DNA of 64,000 bases from Candidatus Curtissbacteria bacterium RIFOXYA1_FULL_41_14 (lineage in GTDB: Bacteria; Patescibacteriota; Microgenomatia; Curtissbacterales; GWA2-41-24), in contig MFCA01000022.1 of NCBI GenBank assembly GCA_001775095.1, positions 2,162-66,161 on the forward strand. Direction: 5' to 3'. Position numbers and translations under genes: made by a program. The notes below the pieces were generated by a model, which worked only from the letters and a program-made list of their open reading frames with translations, ran no database searches and had not been told where the DNA came from. Below are positions 1-9,366 of the stretch, in pieces. Each line of letters begins with the position of its first letter. Position 1 is the first letter of the stretch.

Positions 1-152
1 AACAGGAGAAGAGGGTAGTAGATCACCATACCATCCCCGCTTAATGATTTTCCCTCAAGAAAGTTTAGATCCTGTCGAAAATAAGTAGGGTAAATTACCA
101 GAACCGACCTCGTTGCCCTGAGTCAAAAAACGCAATTATTGAGCCGAAAGTT

Positions 153-192
153 TGTATGTCACCTTGACATACATGTTACTATGTTATAGTAT
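153..192 (+). promoter_or_regulatory. Sigma70-type promoter with overlapping palindromic operator upstream of the antitoxin
   Basis: TTGACA 164-169, TAGTAT 187-192 (17 nt spacer); inverted repeat TGTATGTCA-cct-TGACATACA 153-173. Confidence 0.6.
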
Positions 193-200
193 TCAACTAC

Positions 201-458
201 ATGCTAAACACAATATCGGCAAGACAAATTCAAAGGGAGTATAAAAGGGTCTTACAACTTGCAAATAAGTCCAAAGAGCCAATTGTTGTTATGGCTAATA
301 ATAAACCCCTTGGTGCCATCATCGGCCTTGATCTTTTGGAAAAAATTCAATTAGAACTAGTAGTAAAACAAGCCCTCAAAGAATCAAAATCAAGAAAAAC
401 TAAAGTTATAGAAACTGTGCAGGATTTGGAAAAAGATCTTCAAGAACTTGAAAAATAG
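201..458 (+). CDS. Phd/YefM-family antitoxin
   Basis: N-terminal TISARQIQR...EPIVVMANNKPLGAII pattern typical of Phd/YefM; 85 aa. Confidence 0.7.
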   Translation: MLNTISARQIQREYKRVLQLANKSKEPIVVMANNKPLGAIIGLDLLEKIQLELVVKQALKESKSRKTKVIETVQDLEKDLQELEK

Positions 459-459
459 A

Positions 460-495
460 GATATTGGGAAGCATGATAAATATAGAAGATATTAA
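460..495 (+). pseudogene. C-terminal remnant of a RelE/YafQ-like toxin
   Basis: Reads DIGKHDKYRRY-stop directly after the antitoxin stop, like the DIGxH C-terminus of RelE-type toxins; rest of the gene absent. Confidence 0.45.
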
Positions 496-512
496 ATTTC
501 CCCCGAAGCGGA

Positions 513-740
513 ATGAAAATTTTTGTTAAAGCCAAGCCAAGTGCCAAGACGGAAAGTGTCGAAAAAGTTGACGAGACGCACTTTACAGTATCAGTTAAAG
601 AACCGCCGATAAAGGGTTTGGCTAACGCGGCTATCGCCAAAGCGCTTGCCAAGTATTTTGATGTTGCACCCTCCAGCGTCTTTCTTGTCTCCGGTTTTTC
701 GCAAAAGCAGAAAGTGTTTGAGATTAAAAGTTACAGCTAG
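513..740 (+). CDS. DUF167 / UPF0235 protein
   Basis: KIFVKAKPSAK...VSVKEPPIKGLAN...LVSG..QKQK motif. Confidence 0.85.
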   Translation: MKIFVKAKPSAKTESVEKVDETHFTVSVKEPPIKGLANAAIAKALAKYFDVAPSSVFLVSGFSQKQKVFEIKSYS

Positions 741-815
741 ATTGGGTAATCAGACCAAATTATTCAAATTGCCTATAGTTGGAAAATAAGCATAGTTGGC
801 TTATAATTCCTCTTT

Positions 816-1517
816 ATGTCGCCCGAACGATACAGTACATTACGTTTTCCCAGAGGTTATCATTTGGAAAAAACAGTGACATGGGGTTTATGTTTACAAA
901 GAGATGATAAGGGGGAATTTTTTACATTAGCAAATCGGCATTTTGACAAAATAGATCATTACTTGGGCTATCTACCATCACGGTTTATAGAATTCTTTTT
1001 AGAAAATGCCGGTGGTAGGAGTGTTGACATTTTAGATTTAGGGGCAGGTGTCAATCTGGTCTCGGCTAAGGAAATCTGCAAAAAGTACGGTAGGAAAGTA
1101 CGAGTGACAACGATAGATTTCGTAGTCAACAAGGCTATTAGGCCTGCCAGCGTTGATAGATTGCAAGCTGATGCTGCCCACATTTCTCTGCGAGATAATG
1201 TATTTGAGTTCATATATGCTTTTCAGCTATTAAGTTATATTCAGGAGGATAAACAACTTGAGGTCATAAGAGAAATGGTGCGGGTCTTAAAATCGGGAGG
1301 AGTAGCCCTTCTTGATGACAGTTTACCTTTTGAAACGATAAATCATCAGCTATTTGAATCATTTGGGCCGGTTGCCTATTGCATTCCAAGAGAAGGGAAT
1401 AAGTCCGAGCCAGGACAAGTTGTGTTTGGTGGACCAAGCATTACAACTATGATTATAAAAGAACCCGTGGACCAGAGAATGTACGGAATACGCGAGAGAA
1501 TAATTGGACATATTTAA
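816..1517 (+). CDS. Class I SAM-dependent methyltransferase
   Basis: ILDLGAG motif I, FEFIYA, EMVRVLKSGG. Confidence 0.8.
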   Translation: MSPERYSTLRFPRGYHLEKTVTWGLCLQRDDKGEFFTLANRHFDKIDHYLGYLPSRFIEFFLENAGGRSVDILDLGAGVNLVSAKEICKKYGRKVRVTTIDFVVNKAIRPASVDRLQADAAHISLRDNVFEFIYAFQLLSYIQEDKQLEVIREMVRVLKSGGVALLDDSLPFETINHQLFESFGPVAYCIPREGNKSEPGQVVFGGPSITTMIIKEPVDQRMYGIRERIIGHI

Positions 1518-1583
1518 TTGATCCTAAGGACTCTAATTATCTAGATTATTAGAGTGAATCAGGTTTGTTTGAGATTAGAAGTA

Positions 1584-2060
1584 CTAATTGAGTGCAAGGA
1601 TTGCGAGGTTGAGGAAGGCAGCGAAGGTTACCCAGAGGATGTAGGGGATAAGAATAAGACCGGCGGGTTTTGATATTTTGTAAAAAGTATAAATCGTTGT
1701 GGCGATTGCCAGCCAGAGAACAATAATTCCCGCAAATGCCAGAGATGGTGATTTTAAGCCGAAGAATAAAAAGGACCATAAAACATTTAAGACAAGCTGA
1801 AATGCAAAGATCAAAAGCGCAACTTGAATTTTCTTTTTAGCAATGCCTTTTTCCCAAATTAAAAAAGCAGAGATTCCCATAGAAAGATAAAGAAGTGTCC
1901 AGACCGGAGCAAAAATCCAGTTTGGAGGATTAAAAGAAGGTTTATTTAAAGTTGCATACCAAGTCGGAATAGCAGAGGAAGTAAAGATCGAACCAATCAC
2001 GCCAGCTAGTTCGACTACAACCACAAAAACCAAAGCGCGGGTTGCTTTCTTTATCCCCAT
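1584..2060 (-). CDS. tspO: TspO/MBR family protein
   Basis: WYATLNKPSFNPPNWIFAPVWTLLY, LNVLWSFLFFG, PYILWVTFA. Confidence 0.92.
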   Translation of the reverse strand: MGIKKATRALVFVVVVELAGVIGSIFTSSAIPTWYATLNKPSFNPPNWIFAPVWTLLYLSMGISAFLIWEKGIAKKKIQVALLIFAFQLVLNVLWSFLFFGLKSPSLAFAGIIVLWLAIATTIYTFYKISKPAGLILIPYILWVTFAAFLNLAILALN

Positions 2061-2186
2061 ACTTTAATAATAGATTTTTCCGTAAGAAATTCAAAGAGAA
2101 CTAATCCAAAATATTCAAGATCTAAGAATCCAACGTGCTTAAATGTCCAAACTAAGGTAAAATATATCAAAAGGAGGTGATTTAAT

Positions 2187-2549
2187 TTGAGCGATGATGA
2201 TGATAAATCAAAAACAGATAAAGTTACAGAAGAAGCAGCCGAAGAGGTAAAAGCTGAAGCAGAGGAAGAAGCCGACGAAAAACCGGCGGAAGAAGCGGAT
2301 ACGGAAGAACCAGAAGCGGAGGAATCAGGAGCAGAGAAACCAAAAGCGGAGGAACCAGAAGCTGACAAACCGGCAGAGGATAAAGCAGCATCAACCGATG
2401 CAGTACCTGCGGGAGTTGACCAACAAGGCCGCCAGCTTTACAACGTAAAGTGCAGCAATTGTGGAAAGGATACACAAGTTCCTTTTAAGCCTTCAGGGGA
2501 CAGACCGGTCTACTGCCGAGATTGCTACATGCAAAAGAAAAACTCATAG
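2187..2549 (+). CDS. CxxC-x17-CxxC zinc-ribbon protein with long acidic N-terminus
   Basis: CSNCGKDTQVPFKPSGDRPVYCRDCY; SD AAAGGAGGTG before TTG. Confidence 0.85.
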   Translation: MSDDDDKSKTDKVTEEAAEEVKAEAEEEADEKPAEEADTEEPEAEESGAEKPKAEEPEADKPAEDKAASTDAVPAGVDQQGRQLYNVKCSNCGKDTQVPFKPSGDRPVYCRDCYMQKKNS

Positions 2550-2586
2550 TTTTTAAAAGTATACTAATTGGTATATTTTTTTAACT

Positions 2587-2612
2587 AAAGCCTCATACAT
2601 GGGGGCTTTTTT
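2587..2612 (+). terminator. Rho-independent terminator
   Basis: AAAGCCTC-loop-GGGGCTTT followed by a T run. Confidence 0.6.
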
Positions 2613-2680
2613 GATATGGCTAAATCAATATTTAGATTATGCTCAGATGGCAAAATTGAAGAAATAATTTCGGGGGATAG

Positions 2681-3331
2681 TTAGTTACCGCTTTCGATAG
2701 CCTCTAAACAGGCAGCTTTGGCCTCGGGGTTAGTAAGCTGGTCACAGAGGGATTGTTGTTGTAGGTTTGTCGTATTTGTGGATTGTGGCGTCGGCATGCT
2801 AAATTCCACAAATTGGATGTTTGACGGAGGTTGGAATTTGGAATTATCAACCGACCAGTTGGAACATTTGTAATCCACTTGGGTATTAGCATCAAAATTT
2901 TGGGTTTGAGCTCCCGGGGTTGGTGTTGGTACATTTTCTTCAACTTTCATCTTTGTTCCTTGGGGCGTTGCCGAGGACCAGGTATAGACCCAGATTCCAT
3001 CTTGGATCATATGACTGTCCATTTCTTGATCCTGGAAGTTAATTGTGAAATCGCCTCTTAATCTTTTATCACCGGCAACATAGACAGTTCCATTTGACGT
3101 TCCTTCGTCTGTTGGATAAGTGATTGTACATGTTACGTTTTTCCCAAGTCCGATAAGGTCCTTGATTGACCCTTTGCTTGTCACTTCTTGGGTCCCTTCT
3201 TCTGTCTGCTGGGAAACAGTGGGTTCTTGAGAGGGCGCTTGAGATTTTTTGGATAGAGTGAAGACTGCGGCTGCCGCAATAATTATAATTACTACTATCA
3301 CTGCTCCAATTATGGGTAGTCGTTTTGCCAT
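2681..3331 (-). CDS. Membrane-anchored exported hypothetical protein
   Basis: N-terminal hydrophobic helix, T/Q-rich linker, paired cysteines. Confidence 0.75.
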   Translation of the reverse strand: MAKRLPIIGAVIVVIIIIAAAAVFTLSKKSQAPSQEPTVSQQTEEGTQEVTSKGSIKDLIGLGKNVTCTITYPTDEGTSNGTVYVAGDKRLRGDFTINFQDQEMDSHMIQDGIWVYTWSSATPQGTKMKVEENVPTPTPGAQTQNFDANTQVDYKCSNWSVDNSKFQPPSNIQFVEFSMPTPQSTNTTNLQQQSLCDQLTNPEAKAACLEAIESGN

Positions 3332-3398
3332 TGGTTTAGAAGTATATCGCTTACATTCATGTTAATCAAGTCTTTAAAAAAGATATATAATTTTGTTG

Positions 3399-3806
3399 AT
3401 GAGTGAGATTCGTGAAGTTCCTAATTTTAGAGCCGATCTCACCCCGCAAGAAAAGGCAAAGTATTTGAAAGAAGCCAAGAGAAGAGCAACAGACGAGAAG
3501 CCTCTATGGGTTAATCTGGGACATGCGGAACTTTTGCCTTGGACTGGGATGGGCGGCCTGATTCCTCAAAAAGGTATATTTGTTGGGGTAAATTATAGCC
3601 GATCAAGAAGCCAAAAAATTCCTCAATCAATTGTTCTTGACTTCACAAGAGTAGTTCCCATTATCGATACTCCCTATGCTAGCTTGCCACTCTCGGCTGT
3701 TGAGATTGACGCTACAAAAGAAGAAATTTGGGTAGATTGCGCAAAAGCCGTGGAGGCTGGAGTCGGCGTTCCTCTTAATCGTTTTATTGAACGTTCGCAA
3801 AATTGA
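3399..3806 (+). CDS. Hypothetical protein
   Basis: ORF with TATAAT just upstream of ATG 3399; no family recognised. Confidence 0.6.
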   Translation: MSEIREVPNFRADLTPQEKAKYLKEAKRRATDEKPLWVNLGHAELLPWTGMGGLIPQKGIFVGVNYSRSRSQKIPQSIVLDFTRVVPIIDTPYASLPLSAVEIDATKEEIWVDCAKAVEAGVGVPLNRFIERSQN

Positions 3807-3838
3807 CACTTTCGGTACAAGTGTGTATTTTAAAGTGA

Positions 3839-4165
3839 GTGGATCTTAATAAGAAATACAATCCCGCCCTGGTTGGATTTATTCAGGCGGCGGGGGTATC
3901 TGCCTACTGTGCGTTGGTTTCCGCCTTCTTCTTTTATTTGACAAAAACTAAGGTTACGCCGCCCGGATTTTTTGGTTTTTTCCTGATGCTTGCCTTGCTT
4001 GTTTTTTCAGCGGCGATAACGGGTTCTTTGGTGTTTGGTTACGGTGCATATCTCACCTTGGTTAAAAATAGAATTAAGGAAGCATTTACAATTCTTCTCT
4101 ACACTTTGCTCTTTACACTTCTTATCATTTTAACTACTGTCATCCTGATAGTTTCCTTCGCATAG
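3839..4165 (+). CDS. Small membrane protein (3 TM)
   Basis: Hydrophobic, LLVFSAAITGSLVFG. Confidence 0.7.
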   Translation: MDLNKKYNPALVGFIQAAGVSAYCALVSAFFFYLTKTKVTPPGFFGFFLMLALLVFSAAITGSLVFGYGAYLTLVKNRIKEAFTILLYTLLFTLLIILTTVILIVSFA

Positions 4166-4196
4166 CTGGGGTTATACCAACAGTTTGGTTAAACTT

Positions 4197-5246
4197 ATGA
4201 GGAAGTCTTTGATTGTTTTAGTTATCCTAGTGGTGGTCTCGAGCGCATTTTATTTTTTAAGGCATCGGTCAAATTCAACCTTTACAAGTCCTAATTCCGA
4301 AACTCTCCAACAGAAATCAACGCCTCTTATCAAATACGCCATAGAAGCATTATCTAAAACCAATTTTAATCCCAGTCAAATTTCTCTGGGCGAACTAGTT
4401 AACAGCACGCCCGATTTTACCTCGCGGATATTTTACTTTTATGTTGATCCTTCGATAAACTCAGGACAAGGTAGAAAGGTTAGCGGGCTTATTAATATTC
4501 CCAACAATGGCACAGATTTACCGGTAATTGTGATGTTTCGCGGTTATGTTGATCGGGAAAAGTACCAAACGGGCGTTGGCACTAATCATGCCGGAGAAGT
4601 TTTTGCAAAAAATGGTTTTATTACTTTGGCCCCTGACTTTTTGGGTTATGGGGAATCTGATATGCCTTCTGAAAACCCTATGGAGGAGCGTTTTCAAACC
4701 CATACGACTGCTCTGACTTTGCTTGCGTCGGTTAAAAATTTGAATGCGGCTTTGTCGGAAGCTGGCGTTGCTGCGAGGGCGGATCCTGACAGAATTGCCA
4801 TCTGGGGGCACAGTAATGGAGGCCAAATTGCCCTAACGATTTTGGAAATTACCGGCAAGAGTTATCCCACAGTTCTCTGGGCGCCGGTTTCTAAACCGTT
4901 TCCGTATTCAATCCTTTACTATACTGATGATTTTGATGACCATGGCAGGATGTTGAGAAAAGTCGTTGCCGATTTTGAAAAGGATTATGACTCAGAGGGT
5001 TATTCACTGGCTAGTTATTTTGAAAAGATAAAAGCGCCTGTGCAGTTGCATCAAGGAGGAGCGGACGAAGCAGTTCCCCTGAAATGGTCAGATCAACTTT
5101 ATGAGCAACTTAAAGAACTAGACAGGGATATCCAATACTTTACCTACACCGGCGAAGACCATAATTTTGCCCAAGGCGCCTGGGGACAGGTTGTCAATCG
5201 GAATATTGTGTTTTATCAGAGGCAATTTGGTAGTAATAAAGAGTAA
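4197..5246 (+). CDS. Alpha/beta hydrolase, peptidase S9-like, membrane-anchored
   Basis: GHSNGG nucleophile, DEAVP, H in GEDHNF; carries in-frame PSINSGQ repeat insertion. Confidence 0.85.
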   Translation: MRKSLIVLVILVVVSSAFYFLRHRSNSTFTSPNSETLQQKSTPLIKYAIEALSKTNFNPSQISLGELVNSTPDFTSRIFYFYVDPSINSGQGRKVSGLINIPNNGTDLPVIVMFRGYVDREKYQTGVGTNHAGEVFAKNGFITLAPDFLGYGESDMPSENPMEERFQTHTTALTLLASVKNLNAALSEAGVAARADPDRIAIWGHSNGGQIALTILEITGKSYPTVLWAPVSKPFPYSILYYTDDFDDHGRMLRKVVADFEKDYDSEGYSLASYFEKIKAPVQLHQGGADEAVPLKWSDQLYEQLKELDRDIQYFTYTGEDHNFAQGAWGQVVNRNIVFYQRQFGSNKE

Positions 5247-5248
5247 AG

Positions 5249-5638
5249 TTAGTCTCTTATTTTCTTCATTAACTTAATACCGATGTCCGCAAATTTGGCA
5301 CCGCTTGAGGCAACAAACATCATCAAAAGATAAAATAGACCGATATTAATAATACCGTTATAAAGTTCGTCGGGGATGATTTTTGTTTGTGGAAGCTCAA
5401 TTCCTTCAGGCAGGTTTGGGATTGACAGAGAAGTAGTTGGGGCTGTGATATTAAATACTTGCGGAGGTTTTTGAACTCCTGTTAGGATTCTAAATATCAG
5501 TAAAATGCTTGCCGAAATCATTATAATTCCTGCAAAAAGAAGTATTAGGCCGAAGACTTTTTCTAGGTTAAACTGTTTTTTGGGTGAAACTTCTACTTGA
5601 GGTTGAGGTGTTAATGTTGGCAGAGAGTCACTTTGCAT
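5249..5638 (-). CDS. Hypothetical membrane protein
   Basis: Two hydrophobic helices. Confidence 0.7.
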   Translation of the reverse strand: MQSDSLPTLTPQPQVEVSPKKQFNLEKVFGLILLFAGIIMISASILLIFRILTGVQKPPQVFNITAPTTSLSIPNLPEGIELPQTKIIPDELYNGIINIGLFYLLMMFVASSGAKFADIGIKLMKKIRD

Positions 5639-5727
5639 ATAATTTGGTTGGCCTAATCTATTATAACTTTAATCTATATCTTCTGACTATCTCTTAAGGT
5701 AGATAGTTAGTCCTACTCTGAAAAGAG

Positions 5728-5762
5728 ATCCTTCGTCGAGTCAGACTCGACTCAGGATGACA
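5728..5762. repeat. REP-like AGATCCTTCG...CTCAGGATGAC element with nested CGAGTCAGACTCG hairpin
   Basis: Near-identical to 45611-45646. Confidence 0.8.
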
Positions 5763-5822
5763 GGACGCGGGCTAGTTGACAAAATTTTTTTCATAGTATA
5801 AAAATACACCTTTTAAAGAAAG

Positions 5823-5848
5823 CCCTCCTGCGCTAAAGCTTCGGAGGG
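5823..5848. repeat. GCTAAAGCT-family hairpin repeat (intergenic copy)
   Basis: CCCTCCTGCGCTAAAGCTTCGGAGGG; related copies in frame at 22883-22914 and 28624-28653. Confidence 0.75.
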
Positions 5849-5864
5849 TGAAAGGAGGTGAAAT

Positions 5865-6248
5865 ATGAATAAAGTTGTGCATTTTGAAATTCCGGCCGAG
5901 GATTTAGACCGTGCTAATGAATTTTACAAGAGGATCTTCGGTTGGCAAATCAAGGATGTCTCGATGAACGGGATGACATATTTTATTGCGACTACGGTTG
6001 CGACTGATTCCAAGAATATGCCGATGGAAGCTGGAGCGATTAACGGAGGATTGATGAAGCGCTCGAAAGATGTACGCTCTCCGGTTTTTGCGATTGACGT
6101 TGATTCGATAGACGAATACACCAAGAAAATTAAGTCAGCCGGCGGTGAAGTGGTAATGCCTAAGATGCAAGTCGGTGATATGGGATATTACGCGTATGTC
6201 AAAGATACCGAAGGCAATGTTTTCGGTATTTGGGAAACTATAAGGTAA
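5865..6248 (+). CDS. VOC/glyoxalase family protein
   Basis: MNKVVHFEIPA, GAINGGL, KDTEGNVFGIWE. Confidence 0.9.
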   Translation: MNKVVHFEIPAEDLDRANEFYKRIFGWQIKDVSMNGMTYFIATTVATDSKNMPMEAGAINGGLMKRSKDVRSPVFAIDVDSIDEYTKKIKSAGGEVVMPKMQVGDMGYYAYVKDTEGNVFGIWETIR

Positions 6249-6291
6249 TAAGCGAAGCAGATCTCCGTAATCACTAGATGGACAGGTAAGA

Positions 6292-6411
6292 TAGTCTATT
6301 GAAAACTATTATTCTTCGAACAAAGTGAGAAGTCTCACAGTTCTCGCTCCGGAGAGTACCAGCCGGTACCCTCCTACGCTCGAACAATACAATAACGGTT
6401 TTCAACAAGCT
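6292..6411 (+). mobile_element. MITE-like element family B, copy 1
   Basis: TAGTCTATTGAAAAC...CTTCGAACAA...GGAGAGTACC-GGTACcCTCC...CTCGAACAAT...GTTTTCAACAAG; five copies in the window. Confidence 0.85.
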
Positions 6412-6465
6412 CAGTTAAGTTACTTCGTGTTTTGTTTGGGCATGAGTGGTAGAATAAATTTGGTA

Positions 6466-6507
6466 ATGCAAAGAGGAATTGCTACCCTTCGACTTCGCTC
6501 AGGGTAA
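6466..6507 (+). other. Duplicated, diverged gene start (MQRGIAT) interrupted by a REP; forms a 13-aa uORF
   Basis: ATGCAAAGAGGAATTGCTACC versus ATGCACCGGGGAATAGCTACA at 6521. Confidence 0.8.
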
Positions 6508-6520
6508 ACTTTCAATTTTT

Positions 6521-7696
6521 ATGCACCGGGGAATAGCTACATTTACACTCGATTACGGTAAGTGTCCCAGATGGCTATTTGAGAGGATGGTAAGGCTGGG
6601 GCGGGAAATGACCCAGGTCTTGGTAGATGAATACGGACCCGAGGAGTTTATCAAGCGGATTGCCGATCCGGTTTGGTTTCAGTCTTTGGGAACTGTTTTG
6701 GCTTTTGACTGGAATGCTTCAGGGCTGACCACAATTCTGACCGCCGCTCTTAAAGAAGCGATCCGCGGCCAGGAAAAAGATTTGGGAATTTTTATTTGCG
6801 GCGGCAAAGGCAAAACCTCCAGAAAGACTCCTGATGAAATAACTGGATGGGGAAGCAGGTTGGGGTTGGAGAAGCTAGTAGTTAACAATCTGATTTACAA
6901 CTCCCGAATGTCTGCCAAAGTCGATAGCAGTCTGGTTCAAGATAATTTTCAAATTTATCATCACAGCTTTTTCTTTTCCCGAGGTGGATCATGGACAGTA
7001 GTCCAGCAGGGGATGAATACTGGTAATCAGACTGCTAGACGTTACCATTGGTACAGCGGGGATATTAACGATTTAGTCTGCGAACCTCACAGCGGTATCG
7101 TTTCCCAAGCAAAAATTGACAAAATGTTGAATATGACTGCAAAGGAAAGCGGCAGGACTAGAGATACAAGCGTCGATTTGATTTCGCAAAGCTATGTGAC
7201 CGTAATGCGCGATATTGAAATTTTAAGAAAACACTCTTCAAGTTTGTCGAGAATGATCGCCCTTCGACGACGCTCAGGGCAAGCGTTGAAGCGTAAGAAA
7301 GAAGAATTGGTACTACTTGAGCTTGCAGACAGTGAGTTTAGCTATCACCCGGTTGTAAGTGAGGATTTTTCCAGAAGTAAGTATCTTGAAAAAATTCTTG
7401 CAAAGCTGACTGGAGAGAAACCGAGAACTTATGAGGAACTATTGGCAACAGAGGGTGTTGGGCCAAAAACAATTCGGGCACTGGCACTGGTTTCTGAAAT
7501 TATCTACGGTGCAAAGCCTTCATACGAAGATCCTGCGCGCTACAGTTTCGCCCACGGCGGCAAAGACGCAACGCCTTATCCGGTAGACAAACCGACTTAC
7601 GATCAGACAATCGAGATTTTGAAAAATGCACTCAGAAAGACCAGAATCAGCTCTGTTGAAAAAGACAAAGCTCTTAGAAGACTAGGGAATGGATAG
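6521..7696 (+). CDS. DUF763 family protein
   Basis: PRWLFERM, DPVWFQSLG, WNASGLTT, RYSFAHGGKD..PYPVD. Confidence 0.9.
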   Translation: MHRGIATFTLDYGKCPRWLFERMVRLGREMTQVLVDEYGPEEFIKRIADPVWFQSLGTVLAFDWNASGLTTILTAALKEAIRGQEKDLGIFICGGKGKTSRKTPDEITGWGSRLGLEKLVVNNLIYNSRMSAKVDSSLVQDNFQIYHHSFFFSRGGSWTVVQQGMNTGNQTARRYHWYSGDINDLVCEPHSGIVSQAKIDKMLNMTAKESGRTRDTSVDLISQSYVTVMRDIEILRKHSSSLSRMIALRRRSGQALKRKKEELVLLELADSEFSYHPVVSEDFSRSKYLEKILAKLTGEKPRTYEELLATEGVGPKTIRALALVSEIIYGAKPSYEDPARYSFAHGGKDATPYPVDKPTYDQTIEILKNALRKTRISSVEKDKALRRLGNG

Positions 7697-8216
7697 TTTT
7701 ATTTCGCACCAATTGAATCAATTTGCCGGTAAATGGCAAATGGTGGATTTACTGGTAATTTTTATTGCTAATTGGTTGCCGTATATTGCCTCAATATTCC
7801 TTTTTGGAATTTTTATTTGGAGAAAAAAACTTTCAAAAAATGCGCTGGTTTTGGTATTTTTTTCTGTGATTGTAGCTTTGATCGCTCGTCTTCCACTTGT
7901 TTTTTTAATTCAACTTTTTATCAACCGACCTCGGCCGTTCGTAGTTGATAGTCAGATAATCAATATTCTTGGACAACCCTTAACAAGCTCTTTTCCGTCC
8001 GGTCATGCGACCTTCTTTTTTGCCCTTGCAGCAGCTTTGTTTATTTTAGATAAAAGACTTGGCAGTATTTTGTTTTTATTCGTAAGCCTGATGGGACTTG
8101 CCCGAATTGTTGCCGGTGTCCATTGGACAACAGATATACTGGCCGGGGCTTTCTTAGGAATCTCAATAGTGTATCTTGCCTATTTTTCCTCCAGGCATTT
8201 TTTGCCCATCAAGTAA
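7689..8216 (+). CDS. PAP2 family phosphatase (undecaprenyl-diphosphatase-like)
   Basis: RPRPF, SFPSGH, ARIVAGVHWTTD. Confidence 0.9.
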   Translation: MDSFISHQLNQFAGKWQMVDLLVIFIANWLPYIASIFLFGIFIWRKKLSKNALVLVFFSVIVALIARLPLVFLIQLFINRPRPFVVDSQIINILGQPLTSSFPSGHATFFFALAAALFILDKRLGSILFLFVSLMGLARIVAGVHWTTDILAGAFLGISIVYLAYFSSRHFLPIK

Positions 8217-8254
8217 GAAGTTGGCAGAGAATATATGCTAGAATTTGGGGTGAG

Positions 8255-8731
8255 GTGAATCATTCCCTAAAAACCGGATTTAGTTTTGGTTTGACTTCCG
8301 GCATTATTACAACTTTAGGATTGATGGTAGGGTTGCAAGCAGGGACTCATTCGAAACTGGTGGTTTTAGGAGGAATATTAACAATCGCCGTCGCTGACGC
8401 ATTTTCGGACGCGCTGGGCATCCATATTTCTGAGGAGTCGGAAAATAAGCACACATGTGGAGAAATCTGGCAGTCAACTATTTCTACATTTTTGTCAAAA
8501 TTCATTTTCGCTTCAACATTTGTCGTTCCCGTTTTACTATTTGACTTGACTGTCGCCGTTGTCATTAGCATTATCTGGGGACTGGCACTTCTAGGACTTT
8601 TCAGCTACATTCTTGCAAAAGAGCAAAAAGTGAAACCTCTGAGTGTTATTAGCGAACATTTAATGATTGCAATAGTGGTTATTGTGATAACTCATTACAT
8701 TGGCGACTGGATCGGGTCGACGTTTATTTAA
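8255..8731 (+). CDS. VIT1/CCC1-like transporter
   Basis: FGLTSGIITTLG...AVADAFSDALGIHISEESE; probable GTG start at 8255. Confidence 0.8.
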   Translation: MNHSLKTGFSFGLTSGIITTLGLMVGLQAGTHSKLVVLGGILTIAVADAFSDALGIHISEESENKHTCGEIWQSTISTFLSKFIFASTFVVPVLLFDLTVAVVISIIWGLALLGLFSYILAKEQKVKPLSVISEHLMIAIVVIVITHYIGDWIGSTFI

Positions 8732-8814
8732 TAATCCTCCGATTGACAAAACTCCCGCCTGGTGTTATTATGAATATATATTCAATATACGAAGCTGGAA
8801 AGGTGGTGAAAATC

Positions 8815-9066
8815 ATGCCACGGTTTGATAGAATGGGTCCTTTTGGAGCTGGTCCAATGACCGGCAGGGGCTTTGGGCCTTGTGGTTTGGGTTTGGGTTG
8901 GCATAGGGGTTTTGGTTTCGGTAAAGGTCTGGGAAAATATTTTGGCTGGAGCTGGCCATCTGATCCGAAACAAACGCGTCAAGATCTCAAGGATTACAAA
9001 CAAGCCTTGAAGGAAGAGCTTGAAGAAGTTGAGAAAGAAGAAAAAGGGCTTGAAGCGAAAAAGTAA
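8815..9066 (+). CDS. DUF5320 family protein
   Basis: MPRFDRMGPFGAGPMTGRGFGPC plus C-terminal coiled coil; upstream TTGACA and TGAATATATATTCA palindrome. Confidence 0.85.
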   Translation: MPRFDRMGPFGAGPMTGRGFGPCGLGLGWHRGFGFGKGLGKYFGWSWPSDPKQTRQDLKDYKQALKEELEEVEKEEKGLEAKK

Positions 9067-9090
9067 ATCCTTTATCTTATTTATAAGCTC

Positions 9091-9366
9091 ATGCCAAGAC
9101 CTAGAATACCCAGGGTTATAAATTTTCAACCTGATGTAACGTATTTTAAACCGCGAGGTATACCACTTCGGTTTCTTTCCGAGGTAAAACTTAGTATTGA
9201 TGAACTGGAAGCATTACGACTTGCTGATTTTGAAGGTTTGGATCAGCCAAAAGCTGCGAAAAAAATGAAGATTTCTCAAAGCACCTTTCAGAGAATTTTA
9301 GCAGGTGCTCACAAAAAAGTTGCCCAAGCCCTTATTAAAGGCGAGGCTATTCGGATTGAATGGTAA
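9091..9366 (+). CDS. DUF134 HTH protein
   Basis: MPRPRIPR, YFKPRG, DELEALRLADFEGLDQ. Confidence 0.9.
   Translation: MPRPRIPRVINFQPDVTYFKPRGIPLRFLSEVKLSIDELEALRLADFEGLDQPKAAKKMKISQSTFQRILAGAHKKVAQALIKGEAIRIEW

Noticed and set aside
6479-6520. ORF-track N-terminal extensions (6479, 8123, 8743, 13854, 24131, 45642)
   Set aside because: They come from repeats, promoters or overlaps; family motifs and SD or promoter positions favour later starts.
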